A stretch of 64,000 bases of DNA from Archaeoglobus sp. JdFR-37 (GTDB lineage: Archaea; Halobacteriota; Archaeoglobi; Archaeoglobales; Archaeoglobaceae): NCBI GenBank assembly GCA_002010215.1, contig MTMY01000007.1, positions 1 through 64,000 of the forward strand. The letters are read 5' to 3'. Below the pieces are notes generated by a model. That model was not told the origin of the DNA, ran no database searches, and saw only the letters and a program-made list of their open reading frames with translations. Below, piece after piece: positions 1-10,015 of this stretch (the stretch's first letter is position 1; every line of letters starts with the position of its first letter). A program made the translations under genes and the position numbers.

Positions 1-108
1 GAGTTTTTCAAGAACAGACTTATCCATCTCGTTATTTCTGTCAATCTCTCCCGCCTTCGCCGCCACAAACTCCGCAACTTCTTTAACAGCCTCTTCAAAT
101 GCAGCCAT
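1..108 (-). CDS. 5' part of a probable acyl-CoA dehydrogenase (runs off window)
   Basis: Manual translation from ATG at 108: MAAFEEAVKEVAEFVAAKAGEIDRNNEMDKSVLEKL, resembling the ACAD N-terminal helix pattern; only 36 codons visible. Confidence 0.55.
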   Translation of the reverse strand, partial: MAAFEEAVKEVAEFVAAKAGEIDRNNEMDKSVLEKL

Positions 109-281
109 GATTTTTAAAACAATTTTTTGGTATAATATTCTTTCGACAGGGTGTAATCTTTTTTGGTATCAGGACGATCTGTCCGGAGTTATCCAAGGGT
201 ATAAGGGGTTATGGACAATCAAACAGCATGTAAATAGCAGATTTAAATAAGTTTTATATAAGAGGGGAAGGATTGCCATAC

Positions 282-1058
282 ATGAAACTACTTGCAATTG
301 TAGGCACAGAAAGAAAAATCGGAAACAGCATTCTTGCAGCAAAATACATCTCCAAGCAGCTCGGTTCTGATCTGGAAATTCTCAGACTGACAAAAATGGA
401 CATTCAGCCCTGCAAGGCCTGCTATGCCTGTCTTTTTGGAGAGGAATGCAAGATAGAGGACGATGTGAACGACATTCTAAAGAAAATCGATGAAAGTGAT
501 GCAATTCTAATAGCCTCACCGGTATATATTTTGGACGCAACATCAAAAATCAAGGCTCTCATGGATAGGGGATTCATGGTTCTGCCATATCTGGAATCGT
601 ATTCTAAAAAATCCTGCATCATTCTGACCTTCCACGGCTTCAAGGACATGGTAGGATGGGCATCAGCAACTCACCTCACCCTTGCAAGGTTCTTTGGGTT
701 CAATGTCCTTGCCAATCTCGAGGTTAACGCTGCCCTGCCAGCGGAAATCTTTGTGAAGGAGGAGAATCTTAAGAAGCTGGACCTCGCTGCAAGACTTCTG
801 AAGGAAGGTGGAAGGCATAGAGAGCCGGATCAGTGCCCGGTATGCTTCGGCACCATTTTCAGGATTGAGAATGGCAATCTGGTTTGCCCGGTATGTAATT
901 CAACGCTTGACTTCCAGCTCAACGTCATTGAAGCCAGCAACAGGTTCACTGCCGAGTGGTTCGTCAAGCACTTCGGAGAGGAGCTCAGAGGCCTCAAGGA
1001 GAAGTTTATTGCTGAAAGGGAGAAGCTGATGGAGGCTGCGAAGATAGTTGAGAGTTAA
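282..1058 (+). CDS. Iron-sulfur flavoprotein / NADPH-dependent FMN reductase family protein with C-terminal Zn-ribbon
   Basis: CKACYAC...C cluster motif, ASPVY flavodoxin loop, CPVC...CPVC at C-terminus. Confidence 0.85.
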   Translation: MKLLAIVGTERKIGNSILAAKYISKQLGSDLEILRLTKMDIQPCKACYACLFGEECKIEDDVNDILKKIDESDAILIASPVYILDATSKIKALMDRGFMVLPYLESYSKKSCIILTFHGFKDMVGWASATHLTLARFFGFNVLANLEVNAALPAEIFVKEENLKKLDLAARLLKEGGRHREPDQCPVCFGTIFRIENGNLVCPVCNSTLDFQLNVIEASNRFTAEWFVKHFGEELRGLKEKFIAEREKLMEAAKIVES

Positions 1059-1114
1059 CTTTGCAATATTATTTCCTATTTATCGACCTCAAGAATATTA
1101 GATTCATTTTTTTG

Positions 1115-1146
1115 CCCACCCACCTAGCTCCTCCTCCATCCCTGAA
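1115..1146 (+). repeat. Dispersed ~32-bp C-rich intergenic repeat, copy 1
   Basis: CCCACCCACCTAGCTCCTCCTCCATCCCTGAA; 25-26/32 identical by hand alignment to the reverse complement of the copies at 30957-30987 and 46483-46514. Confidence 0.65.
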
Positions 1147-1265
1147 CCTCATTTGGATTGAGTTGATGAATTCAGAATTGAATTGAGCAGATTTCAAATT
1201 TTTGCTCTCTTTGATTTCTTTTGGTACAACGTCACCCGTTATATCTCCAACCAATAAGTTTAAAT

Positions 1266-1281
1266 AGTATGAAAAGTATGA
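1266..1281 (+). promoter_or_regulatory. Direct-repeat putative autoregulatory operator of the AbrB-family gene
   Basis: AGTATGA-AA-AGTATGA immediately after a TATA-like TTTAAATA. Confidence 0.4.
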
Positions 1282-1318
1282 TTTGAGTGATTTGAATGAA
1301 TTGTTTGAGGTGTCAGAA

Positions 1319-1567
1319 ATGGAACTCGAGAAGGGTAAATATGTATTCGGAATCGTGAAAGTGGGGGAGAGGGGACAAATAGTCATACCAAAGGAAGCTA
1401 GGGAAAAATTCGACATAAAGCCGGGAGATAGCCTGCTAGTTCTAGGAGATGAAAATAAAGGAGGTATAGCACTTGTTAAAGCTGATCTGATGAAGAGTTT
1501 CGCCTTGAAAATACTGGAAGGTTTAGGACACATAAAAGAGACATTCAAAGAGGGTCAAGGAGAGTAA
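1319..1567 (+). CDS. AbrB/MazE/SpoVT family DNA-binding protein
   Basis: VKVGERGQIVIPKEAREKFDIKPGD signature; GAGGTG SD before ATG 1319. Confidence 0.9.
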   Translation: MELEKGKYVFGIVKVGERGQIVIPKEAREKFDIKPGDSLLVLGDENKGGIALVKADLMKSFALKILEGLGHIKETFKEGQGE

Positions 1568-1612
1568 GATAGGAGAATAATAATATGTCTAAATGATAAA
1601 AAATTCCAAAGG

Positions 1613-2011
1613 CTATAGTGATTCAGGGTCATATCCCAGTACGGCAGTCCACCACCATCTGGCCATATCAGCCAAATCCTTACTGAAAACACCGCTCAGC
1701 CTGTATTCTCCATTCTTTATGGTTATCATACCGGCTCCCAGCAACTTGTTCCTCATGGAGTAAAAGGAGGAACGAACCATATCCAGTTCTTCCATAACCT
1801 TTTCCCATTCATCAACTCTAAGCGGCTTTCCGCTTTTTTGCCTTTCCTCAACGATGCTGATGAACTTTACGGCTTTCATTGCCACATCTTCTTTCCTGAA
1901 TAGTCTCCTCATAAGCTCAAGGAAAGGGTTCTTTGACTGGGAAATTCTGGCGTTTGCGGCGCTTCTGACAATAATGGATGTGGCAGTCCTCGGAGCCTCG
2001 CTTACCTTCAT
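1613..2011 (-). CDS. Conserved archaeal hypothetical protein, probable winged-helix
   Basis: 132-aa ORF with [17 protein letters not shown]...GEYRLS wHTH-like segment. Confidence 0.65.
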   Translation of the reverse strand: MKVSEAPRTATSIIVRSAANARISQSKNPFLELMRRLFRKEDVAMKAVKFISIVEERQKSGKPLRVDEWEKVMEELDMVRSSFYSMRNKLLGAGMITIKNGEYRLSGVFSKDLADMARWWWTAVLGYDPESL

Positions 2012-2120
2012 ATTACAACATTTGTGAGATGAAGGATAAAAATGTTTTTACCTCATAGAAGAGGCCGAAATTAAAGCGGAATCCGAAAGAATTTCAAATA
2101 CTAGGGTTTATGAAAAAACT

Positions 2121-2861
2121 ATGAAACCAGTTATAGGTGTCATCCACCTCAAACCTCTTCCAGGAGCCCCCATGCACGGAGACTTCTCTGAAGTTCTCGA
2201 CGCTGCCATGAAAGATGCTAGGGCGCTGGAAGAGGGAGGGGTTGATGCTCTGTTAATTGAGAATTTTGGAGACATGCCTTTTCTCAAAACTGCTCCACCT
2301 GAAACCATTGCCTGCATGACTGCTATTGCGAAAGAAATTGCCAGAGAAACCTCCCTCCCTTTCGGCATAAATGTCCTGAGAAATGATGCCGTTGCAGCCC
2401 TTGCTATTGCAAAAGCTGTGAATGCAGACTTTGTCAGAGTCAATCAGCTCATATTCCCATCTTTCATGCCTGAAGGGTTCATGGATGTTGATGTTGGCCA
2501 AATTCTCAGATATAAGAGGCAGATAGGCTGCAGAGCCATGATTTTTGCAGATGTCAGCGTGAAGCATTCCGTTCAACTCGCAACTCTCCAGCACTTCGCC
2601 GAGAACTTCGAAAGGAGCTTGGCGGATGCAGTCATAATAACCGGCTCATCAACCGGCTCTGCTCCCGATATTGGGGTTGTATCTCAAGCGAAAAAGCTTT
2701 TCAAAGTCCCAGTGCTTGTTGGAAGCGGCGTCAACGCTGAAAACGTTTCAGAATTCATGAGGCTGTGCGATGGCATAATAGTGGGGACTTATTTCAAAAA
2801 ATCTGGAAGAGTTGAGGTTGATAGGGTCAGAAATCTCATCAGGATTGCAAAAGGTTTTTAA
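2121..2861 (+). CDS. BtpA/SgcQ family TIM-barrel protein
   Basis: IGVIHLKPLPGAP, IENFGDMPF, GINVLRND, ADVSVKH motifs. Confidence 0.92.
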   Translation: MKPVIGVIHLKPLPGAPMHGDFSEVLDAAMKDARALEEGGVDALLIENFGDMPFLKTAPPETIACMTAIAKEIARETSLPFGINVLRNDAVAALAIAKAVNADFVRVNQLIFPSFMPEGFMDVDVGQILRYKRQIGCRAMIFADVSVKHSVQLATLQHFAENFERSLADAVIITGSSTGSAPDIGVVSQAKKLFKVPVLVGSGVNAENVSEFMRLCDGIIVGTYFKKSGRVEVDRVRNLIRIAKGF

Positions 2862-2887
2862 ACATTTTTAGGTCAGTCTAAAAATGT
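2862..2887. promoter_or_regulatory. DtxR/IdeR-type iron-box operator upstream of feoB
   Basis: Perfect 10-bp arms ACATTTTTAG-N6-CTAAAAATGT; core TTAGGTCAGTCTAA resembles the DtxR consensus TTAGGTTAGCCTAA; lies between TATA-like TTTTTAAA and the feoB start. Confidence 0.75.
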
Positions 2888-4898
2888 GAAATGCCACTCA
2901 TGCTGTGCAGAGAAAATGGATGTAACTGGTGTTAAACACAGAGTACTGCTGGTTGGCAGTCCAAATGTCGGGAAAAGCATGATATTCTTCCATCTCACAG
3001 GGAAATATGCCACAGTATCAAATTATCCCGGTACAACCGTTGAAATTGCTAGGGGAAAAATCCCAGAGCTTGATGCTGAGGTCATCGACACTCCGGGCAT
3101 GTATTCTCTCATGTCCATAACCGAAGAAGAGAGGGTTGCCAAAAAAATGCTTTTTGAGGGAGATGCTGTCATTGTTCATGTTGTGGATGCAAAGAACATC
3201 GACAGAATGCTCCCCTTCACCCTACAGCTAATTGATGCAGGGTTCAACGTCATTCTCGTCCTGAATGCCATGGATGAGGCTGAAAGGGCAGGTCTGGTTA
3301 TAGACATCGAAAAGCTCAGAAAAAGGCTGGGGATACCAGTAATTCCCACAATTGCCATCAAAAAGAAGGGAATAAGGGAGCTGAAGGAAGAGCTTACAAA
3401 GACCTTGAAAGAACCGAAGTCATCAGAAACGAATGCACCAACGGATGCATCGAATCTGCCAGTTACACCAGAGGGTGAAGAACATGGAAAATGGATTCTG
3501 AACTCCAGTCTGGAAAAGAGCATTCAGAGAATATCGTCGGTTCTTTCAGGAGAGCATTCTGTGAGCAAAAGGGTATTGGCGTTGCTTCTGCTTGCGGGCG
3601 ATCCAGATGTGGAAAGCATGCTGGAACCCCATGAGCTGGATATGGCCAAAAAAGAGCTTGAAGAGTTAAGGGTAAGATATGGCCAGTCTCCAGCTTACCG
3701 CATCGCCATGGAATACGAAAAACTTGCCGAGAAAATACTGGAAGGCATCGTATCTCAGCGTGAAGTCAGAAGGAACATCGCTGACAGGCTTGGAGAACTC
3801 ACGTTAAACCCTATCTTCGCAATTCCCATGTCTCTGCTGACTCTCTACGCCCTCTACCTCTTTGCCGGAGTGATTGGAGCTCAAATTCTTGTGGACGCCA
3901 TAGAAGGATGGTTTGAGCAAAACATCAATACAGCCCTCAACGCTTGGCTGGAAGCAAACGTTCCAAATTACTGGCTGAGAGAACTTGTGGGAGGGGATTA
4001 CGGAATCATAACCCTCGCCTTCAGATATGCCATTGCTATTGTCCTTCCCGTGGTTACTTCATTCTTCTTGATCTTCTCCATCATTGAGGATTCTGGATAT
4101 CTACCTCGGATGGCCTTTCTGCTGGATGGACTCTTCAAAAAAGTGGGGCTTAGCGGGAGAGCAGTAATTCCTCTGGTTCTTGGTTTTGGGTGCGGAACCA
4201 TGGCAACCATCGTTACCCGTGTCCTCGAATCCAGAAGGGAAAGGATGATTGCAACCCTTATGCTTGCTGTAGCCATCCCATGCTCAGCCCAGCTTGGTGT
4301 GATAATGGCAATAGCTCCTGATTTCAGAGCCATTATGCTCTGGGCTTTCTTTGTTTTTGGTGTCCTTCTAACCGTGGGCTTTCTTGCCTCGCAATTCATG
4401 CCGGGAGAAAAGCCGGTGTTTTTTATGGAAATTCCTCCCCTTAGAATGCCCTCAGCAAGGAATGTATTCATGAAAACCTTTACCAGACTCGAATGGTATT
4501 TCAAGGAAGTTTTGCCTATATTCGTAATTGCCAGCATCCTCATCTGGGTTGGTAGAATCACCGGGATTTTCCAGCTCCTTATATCAGTACTGAGTGTTCC
4601 GGCAATGGCAATTGGTCTGCCGGCAGAGTCAGCAGTGGTCTTCCTTTACGGATTCTTCAGGAGGGATTACGGAGCTGCAGGGCTATATGACATTGTGGGG
4701 CAGGGAATCATGGACTACAGACAAATTGTGGTAGCCATGATTAGTCTTACGCTATTCGTTCCTTGCGTGGCCCAGTTTGGGGTTATGATCAGGGAGAGGG
4801 GCATCCCCTTTGCAGTTTTGACCTTCACAATCTCAGCTCTGGTGGCATTCGGCGTAGGTTATTTAGCCAGCATAATCCTTTCAGCAATGGGGGTATAA
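2886..4898 (+). CDS. feoB: Ferrous iron transporter FeoB
   Basis: GSPNVGKS, NYPGTTVE, DTPG G-domain plus multi-TM C-terminus with GFGC, PCSA and FVPC motifs. Confidence 0.96.
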   Translation: MKCHSCCAEKMDVTGVKHRVLLVGSPNVGKSMIFFHLTGKYATVSNYPGTTVEIARGKIPELDAEVIDTPGMYSLMSITEEERVAKKMLFEGDAVIVHVVDAKNIDRMLPFTLQLIDAGFNVILVLNAMDEAERAGLVIDIEKLRKRLGIPVIPTIAIKKKGIRELKEELTKTLKEPKSSETNAPTDASNLPVTPEGEEHGKWILNSSLEKSIQRISSVLSGEHSVSKRVLALLLLAGDPDVESMLEPHELDMAKKELEELRVRYGQSPAYRIAMEYEKLAEKILEGIVSQREVRRNIADRLGELTLNPIFAIPMSLLTLYALYLFAGVIGAQILVDAIEGWFEQNINTALNAWLEANVPNYWLRELVGGDYGIITLAFRYAIAIVLPVVTSFFLIFSIIEDSGYLPRMAFLLDGLFKKVGLSGRAVIPLVLGFGCGTMATIVTRVLESRRERMIATLMLAVAIPCSAQLGVIMAIAPDFRAIMLWAFFVFGVLLTVGFLASQFMPGEKPVFFMEIPPLRMPSARNVFMKTFTRLEWYFKEVLPIFVIASILIWVGRITGIFQLLISVLSVPAMAIGLPAESAVVFLYGFFRRDYGAAGLYDIVGQGIMDYRQIVVAMISLTLFVPCVAQFGVMIRERGIPFAVLTFTISALVAFGVGYLASIILSAMGV

Positions 4899-4909
4899 AA
4901 TTGAGAGAA

Positions 4910-5560
4910 ATGAGAGAAGGAGAATTGCGAGAAGTGGGGGAAGAGAGGGAGGAGATTGAAAATTCCCTCAAAAACATCTGGATTGCGGAGTTTGAGGAAA
5001 ACAGGCATATAGGCAGAGGAGAAGTGGAAAAGTTGGATGAGTTGCTGAAAGATGGTTTTGTGGAAATTAAAGGCGACAGAATCGTGCTGACAGAGAAAGG
5101 AAAGGACATGGCAGAGAGAATAATCCGTCTCCACAGGCTTGCAGAGAGGCTTCTTCTCGACGTACTTGGAACAGCAGAGAGTTCCGTAGAGCAGAATGCA
5201 TGCAGGTTTGAGCACTTCCTGAGCAGGGAGGTGGAGGAAGCGATCTGCACACTTCTCGGCCATCCTGAAATATGTCCTCATGGGCGGCGAATTCCCAAGG
5301 GCAAGTGCTGCGAGGAGAGGGAAGAAGAGGTAAAAAGAGTGATTTACAGGCTGAGTGAGTTGAATCCCGGAGAGGAAGGGGAGATAAAGTACATAGCGGG
5401 AGATGAAAGAATTCTGAAAAAGGTTATAGCAGTAGGTTTGCTGCCCGGTAAGAAAGTGAAGGTCATTCGAGTCTTTCCCGGAGCCATCATACAAGCAGGC
5501 AACACTCAATTTGCGGTGGATGAAGAGATAGCAGAGACAATCTACGTTCTTAAAATTTGA
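4910..5560 (+). CDS. DtxR-family metal-binding protein fused to a C-terminal FeoA/SH3 domain (shortened N-terminal HTH)
   Basis: RLHRLAERLL, ACRFEH, CPHGRRIP motifs and FeoA-like C-terminus; start ambiguous (TTG 4901 / ATG 4910). Confidence 0.88.
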   Translation: MREGELREVGEEREEIENSLKNIWIAEFEENRHIGRGEVEKLDELLKDGFVEIKGDRIVLTEKGKDMAERIIRLHRLAERLLLDVLGTAESSVEQNACRFEHFLSREVEEAICTLLGHPEICPHGRRIPKGKCCEEREEEVKRVIYRLSELNPGEEGEIKYIAGDERILKKVIAVGLLPGKKVKVIRVFPGAIIQAGNTQFAVDEEIAETIYVLKI

Positions 5561-5589
5561 AGAGTAGTGAAATGTAGAGAAATTACGAT

Positions 5590-6177
5590 ATGATGACCTT
5601 AAGAGGAAAGCACTCCACAGTTTTCGTGAAAGAGGGTGTTGCCAGAAAGGTTTTTCACCCGGAGTTCAGGTTTAATTTCTGGAAGGAAGCGAGGTTTCTG
5701 GCAGCTCTCCAGCCCTTTCATTTCGTCCCTAGGCTTTATGCCATTATTCCCGAGAAGCTAATCGTGGAAATGGAGTTTGTGGAGGGCGAAACCATAGGAG
5801 AGATCATACGAACTGGAGATGCAGACGAGATCAAATTTACAGCCCTCAGAACTGCTGAAATATGTAGAACCCTAGACATGCTCGGGATACAGAAGGAGGA
5901 GATGAACCATCCTGACAAGCATGTGATTGTGAGCTGGAGTGGTGAGAGTACAAAATGGAGTCCGGAATGTGTAAATGTGAAGCTGATTGATTTTGAAAGG
6001 TCGAAGGAGAGTGGGAAGCCATCAAACCTGACTCAGTTCATTGTATACCTCCTCAGGAAAAGGATCGTCGTTAATCGAAAGGATGAGATAATATCTCTAC
6101 TGAAATCGTACAAAGCAACCTATTCTGAGGAGGTATACCGGAAAATTATCAATCTTTTGATGGAAAGCTTTAAGTAG
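5590..6177 (+). CDS. Small archaeal Ser/Thr protein kinase-like protein
   Basis: RGKHSTVF..K, KEARFL, VPRLY, MEFVEG, LIDFE kinase-like motifs. Confidence 0.8.
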   Translation: MMTLRGKHSTVFVKEGVARKVFHPEFRFNFWKEARFLAALQPFHFVPRLYAIIPEKLIVEMEFVEGETIGEIIRTGDADEIKFTALRTAEICRTLDMLGIQKEEMNHPDKHVIVSWSGESTKWSPECVNVKLIDFERSKESGKPSNLTQFIVYLLRKRIVVNRKDEIISLLKSYKATYSEEVYRKIINLLMESFK

Positions 6178-6220
6178 TAGGAAATAAGAGGCTGAGAAAT
6201 TAGATTTGGAGGTGGATTTA

Positions 6221-6421
6221 GTGGATTTTGAAAGTAGACCTCCCGTGGAGGTCGGAGACGTAAGAAGCGTAAAAATTGAGGCATTGGGAAGCGGCGGTGA
6301 CGGAATTGCAAGAATTGGTGGATTCGTAGTGTTTGTTCCAGGAACCAAGGTTAATGATGAAGTGACTGTAAGAATTACCAAGGTTTTGAGAAAGTACGCT
6401 TTTGCAGAAGTGGTTGAATAA
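6221..6421 (+). CDS. Single TRAM-domain RNA-binding protein
   Basis: PPVEVG...[19 protein letters not shown]...YAFAEVVE. Confidence 0.93.
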   Translation: MDFESRPPVEVGDVRSVKIEALGSGGDGIARIGGFVVFVPGTKVNDEVTVRITKVLRKYAFAEVVE

Positions 6422-6433
6422 GTCAGGGTTTTG

Positions 6434-6733
6434 TCAGAGTTTTGAAATTATCTCGGAAATTCTGGAAATTTGTTCCTCCAGTTCTTTTATATCTTTTTTT
6501 AACTTCTTTATGTTCAGTTCGGCTCCCTCCCTCAGTACGGCGCCATACTGGGTGGGTTCGATTATTCCTGACTGCTCCAGAACTCGAAGCGAGTATCGTA
6601 CCTTGTGACGGGGCATGTTCAGAAGTTCAGCCAGCTTGAAGATTCCTATGGGTTGATTTGATTTAACTGCCTCGAGAACTTCCAAATGCCTCAGGGCTAT
6701 TTCAGCCTCCTGTTTAAGCTTCCTCAAAACCAT
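6434..6733 (-). CDS. Conserved euryarchaeal winged-helix transcriptional regulator
   Basis: RHLEVL...PIGIFKLAE...HKVRYSLRVLEQ..IIEPT..GA. Confidence 0.85.
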   Translation of the reverse strand: MVLRKLKQEAEIALRHLEVLEAVKSNQPIGIFKLAELLNMPRHKVRYSLRVLEQSGIIEPTQYGAVLREGAELNIKKLKKDIKELEEQISRISEIISKL

Positions 6734-6829
6734 GCCTTAATGTTCATATCAAAATATTAAAATGTAACTACTCAACTTCTAACCTTTAAGCCCTCACGAC
6801 TCCTTTCTGACTCCGACATTCACATTACT

Positions 6830-7591
6830 TCACTCAACTTCTGTGCGGGAGAAAAGGAACGAGGAGAGCAGAAGAAACAAGAAGCAGCTCAGAAATATTA
6901 CTGCGATACTAAGAATTGGATTAAAAAAGGCATATCCTGTTGTGCTCCATCTCAGCGCATCAACTGAGTACGTCAGGGGATTGAGCATGGCTAGGGCCTC
7001 TACAAAACTAGGCAGCTCGCTTAACGGGAAAAGAGCACCTGACAGGAAAAAGATAGGGAAAACAAAGAAGTTCACAACTATCTGGAACCCGTGGATGTCC
7101 CGCATTACAGTTGAAATGGCAATTCCTATGGATGTGAAGGTGAGAGCTGTAAGGAAGAGCAGCACAGGGAAAAGAAGAAGATTGTTTCCAGCTGGTCTGA
7201 ATCCAATAAGCATGCTGACAGCCACCATTATCAAACCCTGCACGAAGGCTGTTGTTGCCCCTCCAAGAGCTCTGCCCAAGGCAATAGAGAATCTGCTTGC
7301 TGGAGACACCATTATTTCCCGCAAAAATCCAAACTGCCTGTCCCAGACTACTGAGACTCCTGAGAACACACCGGTGAAAAGCACCACCATTGCTGCTATG
7401 CCGGGAGATATGAAGCTCACGTAATCTATCTCAACTCCCGGAAACTCAACCCGTCTGAAACCCAGGCTGAAGAAAGCGAGAAAGAAGAAAGGCATGCCTA
7501 TGCTGCCAAAAACCCTGCTTTTAGCCCTCAGATACCTTTTCAAATCCCTCAGCCACAAGACGTAGACTGCATCAAGTTCCCCCATGCTCAT
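6830..7591 (-). CDS. ABC-2 type exporter permease (DrrB-like)
   Basis: DRQFGFLREIMVSP, FLSGALFP, NPLTYSVDALR; 6 TM. Confidence 0.92.
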   Translation of the reverse strand: MSMGELDAVYVLWLRDLKRYLRAKSRVFGSIGMPFFFLAFFSLGFRRVEFPGVEIDYVSFISPGIAAMVVLFTGVFSGVSVVWDRQFGFLREIMVSPASRFSIALGRALGGATTAFVQGLIMVAVSMLIGFRPAGNNLLLFPVLLFLTALTFTSIGIAISTVMRDIHGFQIVVNFFVFPIFFLSGALFPLSELPSFVEALAMLNPLTYSVDALRWSTTGYAFFNPILSIAVIFLSCFLFLLLSSFLFSRTEVE

Positions 7592-8531
7592 CCCCCGAAG
7601 TTGAGTCGCCTGAAAGAGTTATGAAAACATCCTCCAGCGTGGGCTTTCTGATTTCGACTCCTTTCACATTAACGTCTCTTAAAGTCCTCAGAACCTCCAT
7701 AACCTCTGGAAGCACAGCTGAAGCGCTTTTTACATGTATTTCTATAGCATTGCCATTCAGGGAAATGTGGGTGGCTAGGCCAGTGAGGCCGTCTGAAACT
7801 GCCTTAAGCCTTTCGACGTTTATATCAGAGCTTTCAAAACTCAGAACTATGATTTCCTCTCCAATTCTCTCTTTCAGCGACTGTGGTGAGTCTAATGCTA
7901 CTATTTTTCCATTCCGCATGACTGCAACCCTGTCGCAGAGTTTCTCAGCCTCCTCCATATAGTGGGTTGACAGTATTATTGTTACATCCTCCGAAATCTC
8001 CTCTATGTGCCTCCATATGGTTCTCCTTGTTGCCGCATCCAGACCGAGGGTAGGTTCATCGAGAATCAGGATGTCGGGAGAATGCATTATTCCTCTTATA
8101 ACCTCAAGCTTTCTCTTCATCCCACCGCTCAGCTTTTTCACCTGAACGTTTCTGTAATCTTCGAGATTGACGAGTTCGAGCAGCTCATCAATTCTGCTCC
8201 TCCTCTCGTTAATGCCCATTCCATAAAGCCTGCCGTGCAAGTCGAGGTTCTCAAAGACTGTAAGCTCAATATCTAGGGTTGATTCCTGAAAAACAACTCC
8301 GAGCTTCTCTCTTACCTTTTTTGGGTCCCTTCTAACGCTGTACCCCTCCACAAATGCGTCACCGCTGGTGGGCTTCAGAAGAGTGCAGAGTATTTTCATC
8401 GTCGTCGTCTTTCCAGCCCCATTGGGGCCAAGCAATCCGAAAATCTCGCCTTTTTCCACTGAAAAGTTTATAGAATCAACTGCCACTATATTGCCAAATA
8501 CCTTCACGAGATTCTTTACTACCACAGACAT
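7572..8531 (-). CDS. ABC exporter ATP-binding subunit (DrrA-like)
   Basis: GPNGAGKTT, LSGGM, LDEPT, PTLEDVF. Confidence 0.95.
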   Translation of the reverse strand: MSVVVKNLVKVFGNIVAVDSINFSVEKGEIFGLLGPNGAGKTTTMKILCTLLKPTSGDAFVEGYSVRRDPKKVREKLGVVFQESTLDIELTVFENLDLHGRLYGMGINERRSRIDELLELVNLEDYRNVQVKKLSGGMKRKLEVIRGIMHSPDILILDEPTLGLDAATRRTIWRHIEEISEDVTIILSTHYMEEAEKLCDRVAVMRNGKIVALDSPQSLKERIGEEIIVLSFESSDINVERLKAVSDGLTGLATHISLNGNAIEIHVKSASAVLPEVMEVLRTLRDVNVKGVEIRKPTLEDVFITLSGDSTSGDEHGGT

Positions 8532-8532
8532 T

Positions 8533-8892
8533 TCAGCGGTGGAGGTCCTTCTCTTCCACTCCTACAACCGCTAGAAAAACGTTTGCCTTGACTGTCATTT
8601 CAAAATAGTTTATATCTGGCTCGAGAACAGCAAATTTCTTGGGGATAGGTATGCAAAGCCTCTCTCCTGAGCAATAACGGTACCTCCCATGTCTGTCTAC
8701 CACAACCCTGACCCTGCTAGGGCGCTTCTTGTTTACGACGATAAAAATATTGCTTCCGTTGTTCTGTCTGACGATTTCCATAAGTTTCTCTGCGTTGTAT
8801 TTTCTAAAGAGGCAGCGACAGATTTTTTCGGCAACGTAATTATCTACGTGAATTTCTGAGGAATCCTCATCCATAACCTCGAGCTCCAACAT
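8533..8892 (-). CDS. Hypothetical protein
   Basis: 119-aa ORF abutting the ABC ATPase in operon; no motif recognised. Confidence 0.6.
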   Translation of the reverse strand: MLELEVMDEDSSEIHVDNYVAEKICRCLFRKYNAEKLMEIVRQNNGSNIFIVVNKKRPSRVRVVVDRHGRYRYCSGERLCIPIPKKFAVLEPDINYFEMTVKANVFLAVVGVEEKDLHR

Positions 8893-8980
8893 TCCATCAT
8901 CAATTGGATAGGTAGGATATAAGCCTTTTCCTCTTTTCTATTCTTCTTTTTTACAATGTCTGTAAAATTACTATTGGTAA

Positions 8981-9604
8981 TTAATCCTGATCGCTTTTCA
9001 TCCTTTTAGGCCTCCATCTGCCTCCAAAGCCTTTTCCTATGAAATAAGTTTCTGCACTTCTTTTCCTTGACGCTTGTGGGGAGTGAAATTTTTTGAATCT
9101 AAAATAGGGCTTTAACTCTCTTTGAAACTTCCCGGTCTCCTCTCCCTGAAAGATCTTGACAACAAAATTTCCACCTGGCTTTAGAACTTCCTTAGCTATG
9201 TTGAATGCAGCCCTTGCCAGCTCGATACTTATAAAGTGATCCATTGACCACTTTCCGGTTATTTTAGGTGCGGCATCGCTTATCACAACGTCAAACTCGC
9301 TTCTAACCTCTTTTATCTTTTCAAGGGTCTCTTTCTTTGTTATGTCTCCTCTGATGAACGTTACACCTTCAATGGGGGGCATCGGGTTGATATCCACAGC
9401 CACCACTTCTGCACCGAGCTTTACTGCTACCTGACTCCATCCACCCGGAGATGCGCCGAGATCCAGAACAGAGTACCCTTTTTTGATAATTCCGAATTTG
9501 CCGTTTATCTGCAAGAGCTTGAAGGCTGCTCTGCTTCTGTAACCTTTCTTTTTTGCCTCCCAGTAGTAATAGTCCTGCCTGTCGTCAACTCTCCTGGGCT
9601 TCAT
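8981..9604 (-). CDS. rlmE: 23S rRNA U2552 2'-O-methyltransferase RlmE/RrmJ
   Basis: YRSRAAFKL, VLDLGASPGGWSQ, SDAAP, ASRKRSAETY. Confidence 0.96.
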   Translation of the reverse strand: MKPRRVDDRQDYYYWEAKKKGYRSRAAFKLLQINGKFGIIKKGYSVLDLGASPGGWSQVAVKLGAEVVAVDINPMPPIEGVTFIRGDITKKETLEKIKEVRSEFDVVISDAAPKITGKWSMDHFISIELARAAFNIAKEVLKPGGNFVVKIFQGEETGKFQRELKPYFRFKKFHSPQASRKRSAETYFIGKGFGGRWRPKRMKSDQD

Positions 9605-10015
9605 TCAATCACCCTTAATCACTCTGACAATTACCCTTCGAGTTCTTGGACCATCAAGCTCCACGAAGAGCACCCTTTGCCAAGTTCCCAGCACAGGACT
9701 TCCACCATCCACCAGAATGACGATGCTGTTGCCCAGCAATGTGGCTCTCAGATGAGCATCAGCATTGCTGTCAATAATATCATGTTTGTATCTGGCTCCA
9801 CGCGGAATGAGTTTTTCCAGCATCTTTTCAAGGTCTTCCAGTAAACCTTTCTCCCCCTCGTTAAGGATTATGGCTGTTGTGGTGTGGAGCGAATAAACTA
9901 TGACAATTCCGTTTTGGACACCACTCTTCTGGACTTCTTCTACAACTTTATCTGTAATATCCACAATTTCAACCCGCTTACCGGTTCTGATTTCTATCAT
10001 ATTCATCATATTCAT
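9605..10015 (-). CDS. yjbQ: YjbQ / UPF0047 family protein
   Basis: HTTTAIILNE, NADAHLR, LGTWQ, ELDGPR. Confidence 0.92.
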   Translation of the reverse strand: MNMMNMIEIRTGKRVEIVDITDKVVEEVQKSGVQNGIVIVYSLHTTTAIILNEGEKGLLEDLEKMLEKLIPRGARYKHDIIDSNADAHLRATLLGNSIVILVDGGSPVLGTWQRVLFVELDGPRTRRVIVRVIKGD

